DNA from: Octopus vulgaris | Taxonomy: Eukaryota | Direction: 5' to 3' | NCBI GenBank assembly: GCA_951406725.2 | Contig: OX597814.1 | Span: 153,450,001-153,514,000 of the forward strand | DNA: 64,000 nt | In this document: one piece after another, positions 13,501 through 26,715 of the stretch | Position numbering within the stretch: position 1 is the stretch's first letter | Layout: every line of letters starts with the position of its first letter | Made by a program: the position numbers and the translations under genes | Notes under the pieces: generated by a model | Told to the model about the DNA's origin: nothing | Seen by the model: only the letters and a program-made list of their open reading frames with translations | Databases searched by the model: none

Positions 13501-14732
13501 AGATGAGAATGTATGTACAATATCATACATGTGCATTGTTTAATACTTTACAACAAAATATTTCAAACTGCAGGATTCCCAGAGTAGGCATCTTCTATTC
13601 TAGTCTTATGTTGACCAATGCCTGGTGAGAGAAATTTGGTAGATGGAAACTGTAGAGCTTTTGTGTATGTGTGAGTGTGAATGTCTTTATGTTGAATGTG
13701 TATCTTCGTTATGCAATGAATAGAGACTACCAAAATACTGGGGTCAATATGATTAATTAAAAAAACCCTTAAAGGAGGTACCCCAGCAAAATCACAGTCT
13801 AATGACAAACTAATGAAAAACTATACAAACTTCTAACAAGAAATTTACTGTTTCAAACAGTATTTTAAAAAGCAAACAGCCGAGTTAACTTCATGAAATA
13901 ATAGAATGAACAGAGATATTTACTTACAGAAACATAAGGAATAACAAATAGGAACTGATGAGATTCTTAAAATTACAAGGCATGAAAGTGAAAAGTTGTT
14001 GTTGTGCTCAAAAACTCAACAGGATCCAATTCTGATAGGATCAACTTTCTATCTCATTAGAATATTTAAACTGAATGATTGATGCCTCTTTTCAACTCAA
14101 CATAAATTACATCCATTTTAACTGTTCATTCTGGTTTTGTCTTTTTATTTTCTCTCTTGAAAATTTCATCAAAACCAACTCACACTACATTTTGTTATTT
14201 AACATTAATCTTTCACAACCATAAAGTTATTATAAAGCTGGAGTTGCTGAAAATTTAAATAAATGATCAAAGATTTACTAGAATAGTTTAAGATTTGTCA
14301 AAGAGGACCAATTTTTTTAATGTCAAAGCAAAAGAGTTAACTGGTGTGACTCAAAATCACAATGAAAGTTCCATAGTTCCCAATTCAAAATTTGGTTATT
14401 CACTAAGATATTTCACTTGCTAAATATTACTAAATAGTGACAAAGTATTACCCTTAAACAATTCATAGCCAGAATTAGCTACATACAAAAGCACTTTTAC
14501 ACCTCGATTTCCATGGGTATAGAAGCCAGAAAATGAAGACTTCTATCAACAAGAAAACAATATTTTAATCACACAAAGTACTGACTAAACTGCTTCAATA
14601 AGAAACTATCTGTTTGACCAACAGGACCTCCATTACTGAAAATATTGAATCTCTAAGTTCAATAAGGCTTCATCGTATCTAACTTAACCACTGCTATGAC
14701 AGAGGACCTACTTTAGAAATTGGTGCCTTTAA

Positions 14733-14952
14733 CCTTTCATTACCATATTTCTGTTGAAAGAGACTGCCTTTGTTCCAATTAATTTTGAAAATAAGGAAGA
14801 ATTTAGTAAAATGAATTAGTCATTGTTAAGCTGGTGTCTGAAACATAAACTAAAACAAAATTTTGACAGAAAGTTTAAATATAAATCATTTTGAAATAGA
14901 AGTTTGTATCATAGAACCAGAGGTAGTCTCAGGTGGGTCAGTATCAAAACAG
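14733..14952. mobile_element. piggyBac-type MITE, decayed
   Basis: ttaa-cctttcattacc ... gtatcaaaacag-ttaa; interior homologous to 39127-39335. Confidence 0.65.
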
Positions 14953-16212
14953 TTAATCTCATGAACAACTCCTACCTACACCAGGTTTCACTAAACTCTG
15001 CACCAAGGGCATGCCAGATGTAATCCCAAATTCAATAGTACATATTCAGGAAAAGATATCTTTAGTTCATTAAAAGTATGTAATATAGGTCCAATTTCCC
15101 ATATAAGACCTGGAGTGAATTTATGAGACATTTTTTGGGGAAAACTATGCATCTTATATGCCATCAAATAGTAGTTCTCTTCAAAGTGCTTGTCTGCAGA
15201 ACTCCACCATTCCTGTTTGAGTTTCTAGACAATATTCATACTCTCCACACCCCACATGAACTCAACTCTTTAACCCTTTAGGATTTAAACTGGCCATATC
15301 CAGCCAAAATATCCCACCTGTTTTCTGTTGAAACTGGTCAGATCTGGTCTCTCCCACCAACCCTACAATATCATTCTAAAAATTAACAGTTACCTCATCA
15401 AATTCTCAAAGCTACAAAATAATATATGATTAATTCAAAACAATGTTTGAGAGAATAATGTGAACGCTGAAGGACAAAACCAAGAGCACTGTAACTAAGT
15501 TATGGACAAGGGTGCCTTTCCTTTCAAGTACAATACTCAAAACTTAAAATGACTTCTACAATGTGTAGTGAGAGTACAGAGTAATACATCACATTACATT
15601 ATAACAATATTTCCATGTTTATATTCTATATAAACAACTGGTACTGTTCTGATATTAAGCCAATTGGGAGTTTCCAAGCCACAAATAACAATTTCTCACA
15701 ACCCTTCTTGTTAAGCGCCTTTATTTAACTACAAACCAACGGCATCTAATATACTTTTAATTCTTAACTATTTCATCAGGCTATTCTCGAGAAGGCACTA
15801 TTAATTAGCTGTAACTTCAACTTTCAGTTTTAAATAGGTAATACAAACAGATTTACATTGAAAATTCAAAGAAAAATATATTTCAATTAATGTATTGCAA
15901 GTCCTTAGCTTTTCACTTCAAATTTCACAATATCATGCCTTTATATTATCCAAAATATAACTAAACTTCCATATAAAGAAAATATTTTAACTTTCTAATA
16001 ATGCTGCAGATAATGCCTGAATCTAGTTAATTGAATAAAATAACATTTGCCTGAACCATCTGTTTTCTTTTTTTTTTTATTGACTGAAATATTTGTTTGG
16101 CAATTCCTGACATGCAGAGCTAAAATTATGGGAAGAAAAAAATACAAACAAAAAAAACTTACTCAACTTAAACATTATATCAAATATAAATTTTAAAATA
16201 CAACATTACTGC

Positions 16213-16302
16213 AATATATATATATATATAAATAAATATATATATATAAATAAAGGTGTGTATGTATGTATGTATATACACACTCAATGAACTATATATA
16301 GT

Positions 16303-16339
<37 letters not shown>

Positions 16340-16340
16340 A

Positions 16341-16380
<40 letters not shown>
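16213..16380. repeat. Compound (TA)n/(CA)n microsatellite
   Basis: Directly visible; produces spurious YIYI/CVCV ORFs. Confidence 0.95.
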
Positions 16381-16382
<2 letters not shown>

Positions 16383-16765
16383 TGGCTGTCTACTCTTGAC
16401 TGAGGAAGACCATTGCTGACCTTCAGGAACATTGGGCACTTTAGGACTAACTTATATTTTACACTTGAGGCTCCATTGGTGGCTAATGAGCCCTTCTCTT
16501 GACAAGCACACATGACTACAAACATTGCAACCCAAGCTTTCCCCTTACACTATGCAAGCAGTGCACTTTCGAGCAGCACACTTACATTCTTCATACAGAT
16601 TCTGTGCTCTTTCAAAGTTGCCGACCCCTCCTTAACCTGCCTCCTCCATCTGTGGTGATGACAGGCATTGCTCTCTCACTTGGTCTCCAGCATATCACAA
16701 GCCTTTAATGAGGACTTCACACAGACCTAAAATCGCAGCCTTGATTTCTGGCGGAGTCTTTCACT
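16381..16765 (-). mobile_element. Old RTE-type LINE ORF2 C-terminal fragment
   Basis: Minus-strand LATNGASSVKYKL resembles LVTKGLSLRVKGRL of the RTE ORF at 63044. Heavily degraded. Confidence 0.5.
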
Positions 16766-16830
16766 ATGTATATGTATACATATGTACATACATATACACA
16801 TATATAAATATCTCTCTCTCTCTCGCTATA

Positions 16831-17018
16831 TCATCATCATCATTGTTTAACGTCCATTCTCCATGCTAGCATGGGTTGGACGGTTCGACCGGGGATCTGG
16901 GAAGCCAGAAGGCTGCACCAGGCTCCGGTCTTATCTGGCAATGTTTCTACAGCTGGATGCCCTTCCTAACGCCAACCACTCCGTGAGTGTAGTGGGTGCT
17001 TTTTACGTGCCACCTGCA
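16831..17018 (-). mobile_element. RTE LINE 3' UTR fragment inside a TA/CT microsatellite
   Basis: (cat)n...ccatgctagcatgggttggacgg...ctggatgcccttcctaacgccaaccactccgtgagtgtagtgggtgctttttacgtgccac is the reverse complement of the RTE tail. Confidence 0.9.
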
Positions 17019-17064
17019 CGTATATATATATATATATAAATATATCTCTCTCTATATATATACA

Positions 17065-17116
<52 letters not shown>

Positions 17117-17182
17117 CATACATATACATAAATATATCTCTCTCTCTCTCTCTATATATATATATACATGCATATACATAAA

Positions 17183-17214
<32 letters not shown>

Positions 17215-17275
17215 CATACACACACACATACATGCATATATATACATATGTATATATATGCATGTATATATATGC
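17019..17275. repeat. Long compound (TA)n/(CT)n/(CA)n microsatellite
   Basis: Directly visible. Confidence 0.95.
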
Positions 17276-18277
17276 ATGCCTCCTTGCCTTGACATTGGTT
17301 GATAGTTGTAAACAAATGTAACCATCATGCAAGCAATGTCCTTTGTTTGCAATCCTCCATGAAAAGATGTCTGCTTATATAGAAATTTAATCTTACTTGA
17401 AAACATGAGAGAGTAGGCAACAGGAAGAGCAACTGGCCAAAGAAAATTTGCCTCAACAAATAAAAGATAGAAGGGAATTGAATAAGAAGTGGTGTGGCTA
17501 TACATGTAATTAATGTAGAATTATAAGTTGGCATTCTTCATTGAGCAAAATTAGAGAAGCAATGAAATATTAATTTTCAGAAAAATATGCTTGGCAAGCA
17601 TTTAAATGTTACTTGAAAATGTTTCGATGTGTAAATGTCCCAGATTCCAATTAAAAGCAAGATTAGATATCACAGACAAGTAAAAAAAAAACATTTTGTA
17701 CATGACCACCTTTATTATTTTCTAGAAAACTGACAAGTAGAATGCAGAGCAAGGAAAAGCAAAGCAATGTTTTCACAGGGTTACCATTATTATGCAAATG
17801 GAGGAGAGATACCAAGACTGGAATAATAGTATAATGGTTGATTATGTTCTGTGTTTGAAATGAGATGAGCCTCATATAAAACATGTGCCAAGATCAAACA
17901 ACAAATATCTATAAAGAATATTTTATATATATATATTTTTAATATTAAATCTCATATATACATACTTTTGTAGTTAACATTTATTTGAAAAAAATCTCAT
18001 ATCATGAAAAAAGAAGTACAGATACATTCAGAAAGATCATATCATACAAATATAATTATATATGTATATAATTTTATATGTATATATATACATACACGTA
18101 TACATACGTATATATCAAGCTTCAAAATACAGACCAATATTATTAAACAGATTCTAAAAATTTTCTCTTTCACAGTTGTCATTTTATATATTTTTCTTGC
18201 ATGGCCATTCACATTTAATCTGGTTGAAATCTCTCACAATTCTAAAATCTCATGAGAATGTTTGGATATAAAAAATG

Positions 18278-18311
<34 letters not shown>

Positions 18312-18398
18312 TATACATACATATATACATACATATATATACATACATGTATACAAACATACATACAAACATATATATATATATATACATATGCCCAT

Positions 18399-18487
18399 GG
18401 GCATATGGTGTAGTGGTTACGATGCGGTCTACTAACCCCAAGATTCTGAGTTTGATTCCAGGCAGTGACCTGAATAATAATAATAAC
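18399..18487 (+). mobile_element. tRNA-derived SINE head
   Basis: A box tggtgtagtgg and B-box-like gagtttgattcc, followed by (aat)n. Does not complete a cloverleaf, so not called as a tRNA gene. Confidence 0.65.
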
Positions 18488-18489
18488 AG

Positions 18490-20530
18490 ACCATATTTTT
18501 CTTGTTTCTTTGATCCAGTGGTTCCTCAAAAGACGATTGCCCACCCCTGTGAACAACCAGGCAGAAAAGGATAGGGGAGACAAGGAAGCAGCAACTAGAA
18601 CCCCTTCTGTGCCAGTGGTCCTACAAATGAATGGAGCCCTCACCTCATTGGACAACCAGAGGAAAAGAGTTCCCACCACAAGAAAAGGAAGGACGGAACA
18701 CAAACACAAAGAAGGAAAGAAAGAAAAAGGAAAAGGCAAAATGAAACAACCAAAACCGAAACTCCAACTGACCAAACAAAAAACCCCATGGAGGATCCAA
18801 TGCCATTAAAAACCCTACAGGAAAGAAGAAATTTGGAAGGCACTCAAGAACCTGCAAGGCAAATGTTGGCATGGGGAAGATGGCAAAAACTGACGGTTTT
18901 CCCACCTGACACCCCACCAAAACTACTGGGGCCTTAAGGAGAAAAACTTCCCTAAGGAAAGACAACAACTGTCTCCAAGGAAAAAATTTACAAAAGAAGT
19001 GCACTCTTCAGATGTTATGCGCATTGCAACAGCTGAGCAAGAGTCTTTTTTGTACATGACACAAAAGATTCTGCAGCAGCTGACCTGACTATACCAAGCA
19101 CAAACAAAGAACCTTGCCCACCACTGCGCAAGACCACCACAGTCAACAGACATGGGATGGCCTCCCCTAATACCTGCACAATCGTCACCCCAATACTTTT
19201 ACTTAATATTGGGGGCCTGATGCATCATAATAAAAGCAAAATTTCTTTCCTGAGAGATCTTGCTGCATGCAATCAAGCCCTATGCATAGCACTTGTGGAA
19301 ACTCACCCTGATATAGAGGGTGCAGAAGTACACGTACCAAAATATGCCATACTGTGAACAGACAGAAGGAAAAGGAACCATGGTAGAGCTGCTGTATATA
19401 TCCGTAATGACCTCACACCCTAAGTATTACTGTCATACTCAAATTCAGTATGTGATACTCTAATTGTATACATAAGACAACATAATATAGTCATATGCAA
19501 TACATATTGCCCACTGGATGCTCCAAACCACATAGGCAAGTCTGAAGACTGCCTCACAAGAATTAAAGAAATCCTCATGAAACTGGAACACCATGTGATC
19601 ATATTTCTTATGGGTGATTTCAACTTCCCCAACATCAAATGGCCCAAAGGTCTCATACTCTCAGGAACGACTCATTGCAAACAAGCACAGGTGGAGTTCC
19701 TGCTCAACCTCACCAATGCCCTATTGATAGAGCAAGCTGTACTTAGACCATCTAGGGTGAATAACATTCTGGATCTCTGCTTCATGAACAATATGGACAT
19801 CATTCATGATGTGAAAGTGACGCTGACATTAGTCTCAGATCACAACATAATAGAGCTGTCTATGTTTGGGCCGAAAGTAACCAGAGATATACAGCCTAAA
19901 GGAAGCACCAGAAATCTCTCCAATCTGAACTTCCACAAAGCAAACTGGAAATCGATCCAAAAAGAGATCCTCAGAGAGGACTGGCTGAAATATCTCCCCA
20001 CAACAGACATTGACATGAAACTAGAATGCTTCATGTCTGTTGTGCAAGCCATGTGCCAGAAATATGTCCCAGAACACAAGGCCAAAACAAATAGGAGCAA
20101 GATTCCAAGGGAGAGGAAGATCCTCGTGAGATGACGGATGAAGGTTGCAAATTGACCCAACCAACATTCCAAAAGTAGTGAAAGGTCCCACCTAAAAACA
20201 CTGATGGAGATTGAAAAAAGGCTGCAACAATCCTATGTGAGGGAGAAAGTAGACAAAGAAGCCCGAGTTATAAAAAACATTAAGGCAAACCCAAAGGCCT
20301 TCTTTCATTACGTGAAAGAAACAGCCTCAGTACGCTGCAAGATAGGACCCCTCTTCCAAAAGGATGGCTCCTTCACAGATAGTCCAACTAGGATCAACGA
20401 GGTACTGAATGATCAGTTCAAAAGTGTCTTTACCACCCCGTTGGAACACAGACAAGTGAACGAACCAGTAGACTTCTTTGCCGCCTCACCTTTAACCAGC
20501 AAGGCAGTTACAATGGAATACATTGACATT
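18490..20530 (+). mobile_element. CR1/Jockey-group LINE, 5' half: ORF1 remnant plus ORF2 APE endonuclease and linker; pseudogenised, RT missing
   Basis: APE motifs in order: LLNIGGL..ALVETH (19157-19357), MGDFNFPNIKW, NNILDLCF, SDHNII, NFHKANW (19577-20134); linker IKANPKAFFHY..LNDQFKSVFT (20204-20554). Cys/His-rich remnant upstream (~18850-19000). In-frame stops; ends in (TA)n. Confidence 0.88.
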
Positions 20531-21804
20531 ATATATATATATATATATATATAGTTATCCTCAGATCAGAGGCATAGATAGAATGCTTACAACAAATTAC
20601 ACTCTACTTAAAAGGCAGCCAAGGATCAGGCGGCGATCCTAAATTGGACTACAGATTAAGTCTATCAATTTATATTAATAATAATCATTACATCATCATC
20701 ATTTAATGTCCACTTTCCATGCTAGCATGTGTGGGACAGTTTCACAAGAGCTGGCCAGGTAGAGGCCTGTACCAGACTTTGGCAGGATTTTTACAGCTGG
20801 ATGCCCTTTCTAACAACAACCACTGTAGTGGTTGGTGTTAGGAACTAAATTTACAATTAAATGTAAATGTTTGAACACAAGAGAACAAGTATATATATAT
20901 ATATATATATGCATGGACCTATATTTATCTACTCATTAACATGTTTAGAGATGACCTACAAACCTAATAAACACCAAAATTATTTGAGCTAAATGAAAAC
21001 TATGGCTTTGAAAGTCTTTGCCCAGAAACTTCTAAGTAAATTCAAAATGACTTATCTACATTGAATGCAGGCTAGACTTTTGAATTACAAAAGTGGAAAA
21101 TACATTTACAAAATACTAAACTTTTTCTTTTCTAATTCTCTGATCAAAAATCAATATTTTAATTCTACATTACTCGGGAAATAGATTTTCTAAAACGAGA
21201 AATAAAATTAGAAAAAAAAATATTTTCATTTCCCTTAAACTCAGTTTTGTTCACAAATTAGAACAGGCTAAAGAAATAATTTTTTTTTTACAACGATGGT
21301 GTATTAAATGTAGTTTTCTCAAAAGACAAAAAAATTAATGATACAGGAGTAAATGAGAAATGGAGTTATTTTTCTAGAAAAAATTTTATAAATACACACA
21401 CACACACAAATTCACACATACAGTGGGCACTGTGGGATATGTTCATCAGCTTTTGTTTAGAAATCACTACAATTTTAATACATTTTGAGAGAAACATTTC
21501 CTAGTGGCTCCAAACAAATTGTTGCAAACAGAATATTCAATTTCTTGTAGCACATTATAGTAGGTTTTATTTTTAATACATTTGTTTGAAGCTGAAGATT
21601 CACTCTACCACTATTTCAATTTTCCTCACTTTTGAGCATTTGCTTAGGCACAAAAGTGAGAACCTTGGAGTAGTGATAGAATGAATTATTGAATTATCAG
21701 CTTCAAACAAATAAATTTCATATATTGAGTCCTTTTTCTCCTGTGTAACCATCCAGAAATATATGTATATATTATGTATGTGTGTGTCTACATATCTCTC
21801 ACTT

Positions 21805-22022
21805 TCTTTTCTCTTTTTACTTGTTTCAGTCATTTGACTGCAGCTATGCTGGAGCACCGCCTTTAATCGAGCAACTCGACCCCGGGACTTATTCTTTGTA
21901 AGCCTAGTACTTATTCTATCGGTCTCTTTTGCCGAACCGCTAAGTGACGGGGACATAAACACACCAGCATCGGTTGTCAAGCGATGTTGGATGGGACAAA
22001 CACAGACACACAAACATACACG

Positions 22023-22062
<40 letters not shown>

Positions 22063-22232
22063 CATACGACTGGGTTCTTTCAGTTTCCGTCTACCAAATC
22101 CACTCACAAGGCTTTGGTCGGCCCGAGGCTATAGTAGAAGACACTTGCCCAAGGTGCCACGCAGTGGGACTGAACCCGGAACCATGTGGTTGGTAAACAA
22201 GCTACTTACCACACAGCCACTCCTGCACCTAT
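21805..22232 (-). mobile_element. Full-length tRNA-derived SINE (family A) with internal microsatellite
   Basis: Minus strand: ggtgcaggagtggctgtgtggtaag (A box), ggttcagtccc (B box), ccttgggcaagtgtctt core, (TA/TG)n, 3' domain aataagtactagg...ggggtcga...gcagtcaaatgactgaaacaagtaaa. Near-identical to 55069-55615. Confidence 0.9.
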
Positions 22233-22906
22233 ATACACATATATAATTACTATCATACAAATAGTGTCATTCGTTTATAATTCTGTATGAAAATCTATCT
22301 GGCAATTGGATTGTCTATTTGAAAGACTAGGGGAAATATTATCTTTCTCGGAAACACATGAGAGTTGGCAACAGGAAGAGCGTCCACCCATAAAACATTC
22401 TGCCTCAGCAAGTGTTGTCTGACCAGTACAAGCATGGAATAGTGGATATTAAAATGATGATGATGATATATGTATATTTATATACCTAATAAGATTTGCA
22501 TTTTAATGTCTAATGTTTTTGTTTTCTCTTTACATACATTTATTTAGCTACATTCATTTAAAATGACTGGCTAGTTAGACTAATCAGTACATATAAATAT
22601 TTTACATAAATAGCAAGTCAGATGCTTACAACTTGGATAAAATGAAATAAAGATGTTGCTTATTATTTCAGTAACAGAGCTCAAGAGCTGCAGTAATTTC
22701 ATTTCTCTTCTAAATGATATGAAAATATTCAGTCAGGAGTATGAGTTGATTAATAAGCTCTCGTTGAGTAGACTTTAATAGAAAAAAGATGATCAATGAA
22801 ACCTATAGGAGAGACTGGGAAGACGTTAGTGTTACTTTTTTCATGCAGAGAACATTAAATATGCTTACTAGAAATAATCACACAGTGAGATATATATATA
22901 TTTTAT

Positions 22907-24310
22907 CATCATCATTGTTGTTTAACGTCTTTTTCCATGCTGGCATGGGTTGGATGGTTTGACTGAGATCTGGAGAGCTGATGGCTGCACCAAGATCCAA
23001 TCTGATCTGGCAGTGTTTCTACAGCTGGATGCCCTTCCTGATGCCAACCACTCTGAGAGTGTAGTGGATGCTTTTTACGTGCCACTGGCACAAGAGCCAG
23101 TCAGGCATGCCTGGCATTGATCACATTGGATAGTGCTTTTTACAGGCCACTGGCAAGGGAGTCAGTCAGAGGGTACCGGCATCAGCCACGTTCAGATGGT
23201 GTGGTATGAGAGCCAGTCGGGGTACTGGCATCGGTCATGTTCAGATGGTGCTTTTTATGTGCTACCAGCAAGGGAGTCAGTCAGGCAGACCTGCTATTGA
23301 CCACAGTCAGATGGTGCATTTTTTGTGCCACCAGCATGGGAGCCAGTCAAGGGGCACTAGTCACAGCTATGATATTGGTTTTACTTGACTCAACAGGTCT
23401 TCTCAAGCATATAATATCACCCCATGCATCAGGGGTACTCTTAACTGGGCCAGACATTCATGGTTGCGATCTCACTTTAGTTGCCACGTCTTCTCAATCA
23501 CAGCATATCTCCAAAGGTCTCGGTCGCCTGTCATTGCCTCTGTGAGGCCCAATGTTCAAAGGTCATGCTTCACCACCTCATCCCATGTCTCTCTGGGTCT
23601 ACCTCTTCCACAGGTTCCTTCCACAGTTAGGAAGTGGCACTTCCTCTCGCAGCTGTCCTTGTCCATATGTAACATATGGCCATACCAGCACAGTCATCTC
23701 TCTCGCACATTACATTTGATGCTTCTTATGCCCAACCTTTCTCTCAGGACACTTACACTTTGTTGTGTATGCACACTGACATTACACATCTAGCGGAGAA
23801 CACTAGCTTCATTTCTTTCAAGCCTACACATGGCTTCAGCAGTCATGACCCATGTTTCACTGTTGTGTAGCATGACAGTTTGCATACAAGGATCATACAG
23901 TCTACCTTTCATCCTGAGCGAGAGGCCCTTAGTTGCCAGAAGAAGTAGGAGCTCCCTGAATTTTGCCCAGGTTATTCTTATTCTAGCCGCTACAACCACC
24001 CCCACTACAGACTTGATTGCCTAGGTAGCAGAAGCTATTAATTTCTTGTAGTTTTTCCCTGGCATGTGATGGAATCTGTTTTCTGTACATCTTCAGTGTT
24101 TATTGTCCCAGTGCATCTGCCACACACAAAAACTATTTTCCCAGTTAACTTTTCTTTGATATTGCTGCACTTTTTATGTGTCTATAGATTACACTGTATG
24201 GAGTTTCTACCCATGCCATTTCTACAGATCGAGCAGGGCCATCTACCTGAATGGGATTGGATTGTGGTTTGACAGCTTTCCTACTTACTAAGACTTTGGT
24301 TTTTGCTATG
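22907..24310 (-). mobile_element. 5'-truncated RTE LINE: RT C-terminal part, Cys/His finger, 3' UTR and (GAT)n tail
   Basis: ORF 23790-24005 RIRITWAKFRELLLLLATKGLSLRMKGRLYD..HNSETW..RLERNEASVLR matches ORF 63044-63523. Upstream AKTKVLVSR and a CxxC-rich block; downstream the tandem-unit UTR. Stops and frameshifts present. Confidence 0.92.
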
Positions 24311-26019
24311 TTGTGTGTATGTATATATATATATGTGCATACATATATCCAAATTGAGAGAGTGGAACATGCAAAATCCAGGTTACATATGTTTCCTTGC
24401 TAACAATAATTACTCAACAAGGGGTACTCAGCCAGCTATTCATCGGGCTGAATATAGCTTAACTATATGAAGGTTACATTGTCACTTGGGAATCCCAAGT
24501 TACAACAATCAACGTCAAATTATTGTTCCTGAATGTTGTTTTTATATACCTACCACAGACTGCTTGAATCTTACAAACTTTCTATGCTTAGATCCTTAGA
24601 TCTTATAATTACACACACACACACATATATTAGTTATTAGTTAATGACTAATAATTTTATTTTTCTTGTAAGTGGGAGAGAGAACTCTGGATATATTTTG
24701 GTTTTATTCTGATCTCATCAGATATGCAAAGCATTCAAAATCAAACCCAGAACATTGGTCTAAACAAAACATTTCTAGAGCTAGTTTTGTAAATAAAGAA
24801 ATGAATGAGTGGATAAAGCATAGAGATTTGTATCACATTGAGAATTTTATGGGTAAGACATTTTTTCTATGTGTCAGTCTATTTAACTAAGAAATAAGTA
24901 CCAGACATTTGTAGGAAAGTCAACTTAGATAAATAAGCATTCTATCCAATGAAATAATCATCTCAGCTGCTAAACAATCAGATAAGCACCAACCTGATAT
25001 TTCTATGTGATTCATGGCTATTGGCCAATGCAGACTTGTTACTTGTTTCCTTAGATTTACTTCAATATTTTCTAGTATATAATACTTCACACGGAGAAAA
25101 TTTAGCAACAACTGAGAAAGCAGCTACATAGCCTAGCATTTCTACCATGATCTTCCCATTTTTCCGCACCCAAATTGTATAACCTGGATTACACTCAATA
25201 TGTGTTTTTTAAGACAGTAGAGAGATCTGGTTGCTATTTCTAGCATATCAAGAGACCACAAACAAGATCCTCCATTCACTTGTAGTGGTAATAGTATATA
25301 CAGGAACACCACCAATTTTCCAGTACTTTTGGTTTCAAAGCCTTCAATGATTAACCATTTGCTGGACCGTCCACGGTCTCATAAGAATAAATCAACTGTA
25401 ACTCACTAATTATATCACACAACTTCTACTTTAAAAAAATGTTTGACTTAAAGGTCAATATAGATTAGCGTTTATTTTTGACACTATCACTGATGCTCTC
25501 AGTTATCTTACCTGTAGTAGCCATAGCTAAGCTAAATAAGCAGAGAATCTCTCAAAATTTTGGCATCACTAATAACAAGTGCAGTGTAAGTAATGTGTGT
25601 AAACACATAGTATACACAACACTATCTATCATCCTGTAGTGAACTAGACTAGTGGTTATGAGAATTTCAAATCCCCACCTTGTAATTTTTCCAGATTAAA
25701 TGAAGTGCATGACCATCATTTGCTGTAAAATCAGTAGTGTACCTATATAGGTCTCTTTAGCAGCTCTTGCATTACTGGTATTGTTTTCTTGCAGTTGAGA
25801 CTTGTGTCTCATGTCACCAATGCAATATATTTTTATGGAGTCACTTCAGTAGTAGAAATATTGGAGCAAATGCCTAATGGCTCTTTATGATATGAATTCA
25901 ATCCTACCATAGTTAATTGACTGCCTTTCATATTTTTCTCAAGACTGACAAAATAAGTGATAGTCTAGTACTTGGGTTGAGTTAATGGATTGTGGCTTTG
26001 CTCACCTCAGTATTGTATA

Positions 26020-26240
26020 GTCTTGAGGGTACTTGGTGACCTCATTAGTGCTGGTGCCATGAAAAAGCACCCAGTATACTCTGAAGTAGTTGGCATGAGG
26101 AAGCACATTCAACTGTAGTAACCATGCCAAAGCAGAAATTGGAGCTCAGCACAGCCCTCTGGTTCATCAATTCACACCAAACTGTCCAGCCCATACCAGC
26201 ATAAGAAAAGGGACATTAAATGATGATGATAATAATGATA
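26020..26240 (+). mobile_element. Old RTE LINE 3' tail
   Basis: aaaagcacccag...gttggcatgaggaagcacattc...ggacattaaatgatgatgat. Confidence 0.75.
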
Positions 26241-26254
26241 ATTAAAATTATGAG

Positions 26255-26715
26255 AGTGGTGAATTGGCAGAACTATTAGATTGTCAGACAAAATGCTTTG
26301 CAGTATTTATTCCAGCTCCATACCTTTTGAGTTCAAATTCAGCTAAGATCAACTTTGCTTTTCATCCTTTCGCAGTCAATAACAGCCAAGTACTACAGTA
26401 GATGGTAATGACTAAACCTCTCCTCTAAATTTCTACCCTTGTACCTATGTTAGAACAGGCTGTGAATTGGCAGAACTGTTAGAGCACCAATGTTAGAAAA
26501 GGCTGTGAATTGGCGGAACTGTTAGAGCACCAGTCAAAATGCCTTGTGATATTTGTTATAGTCTCCTATGTCTTGGATTCAAATCTCACCAAGGCCAACT
26601 TTGCATTTTATCACTTTAGAGGTCAATACAATAAAGTACCAGTCAAATATTGGGATTGGTGGCATGAACTAACACCACTCGAAAATTACTGGCATTGTGT
26701 TTAAATCAAAAACCA
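26255..26715 (+). mobile_element. Two tandem copies of SINE family B (Nin/Deu-like central motif) with a 43 bp head duplication
   Basis: gtgaattggcagaact heads at ~26259, 26462 and 26505; gagttcaaattc B box; ttgcttttcatcctttc motif. Homologous to 62368-62582. Confidence 0.7.

Noticed and set aside
16180-17534. Cluster of ORFs rich in YI/CV/HT dipeptides (also near 18250, 27600, 47300, 49000 and 62100)
   Set aside because: Translations of TA/CA/TG microsatellites.
18399-18470. tRNA-like sequence (also 22160-22232 and 58095-58155)
   Set aside because: A and B boxes are present but the acceptor stem is not completed and each continues into SINE sequence; these are SINE heads, not tRNA genes.
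18242-19153. Minus-strand ORFs of 177, 119 and 76 aa
   Set aside because: Antisense shadows of the A-rich LINE ORF1 region.
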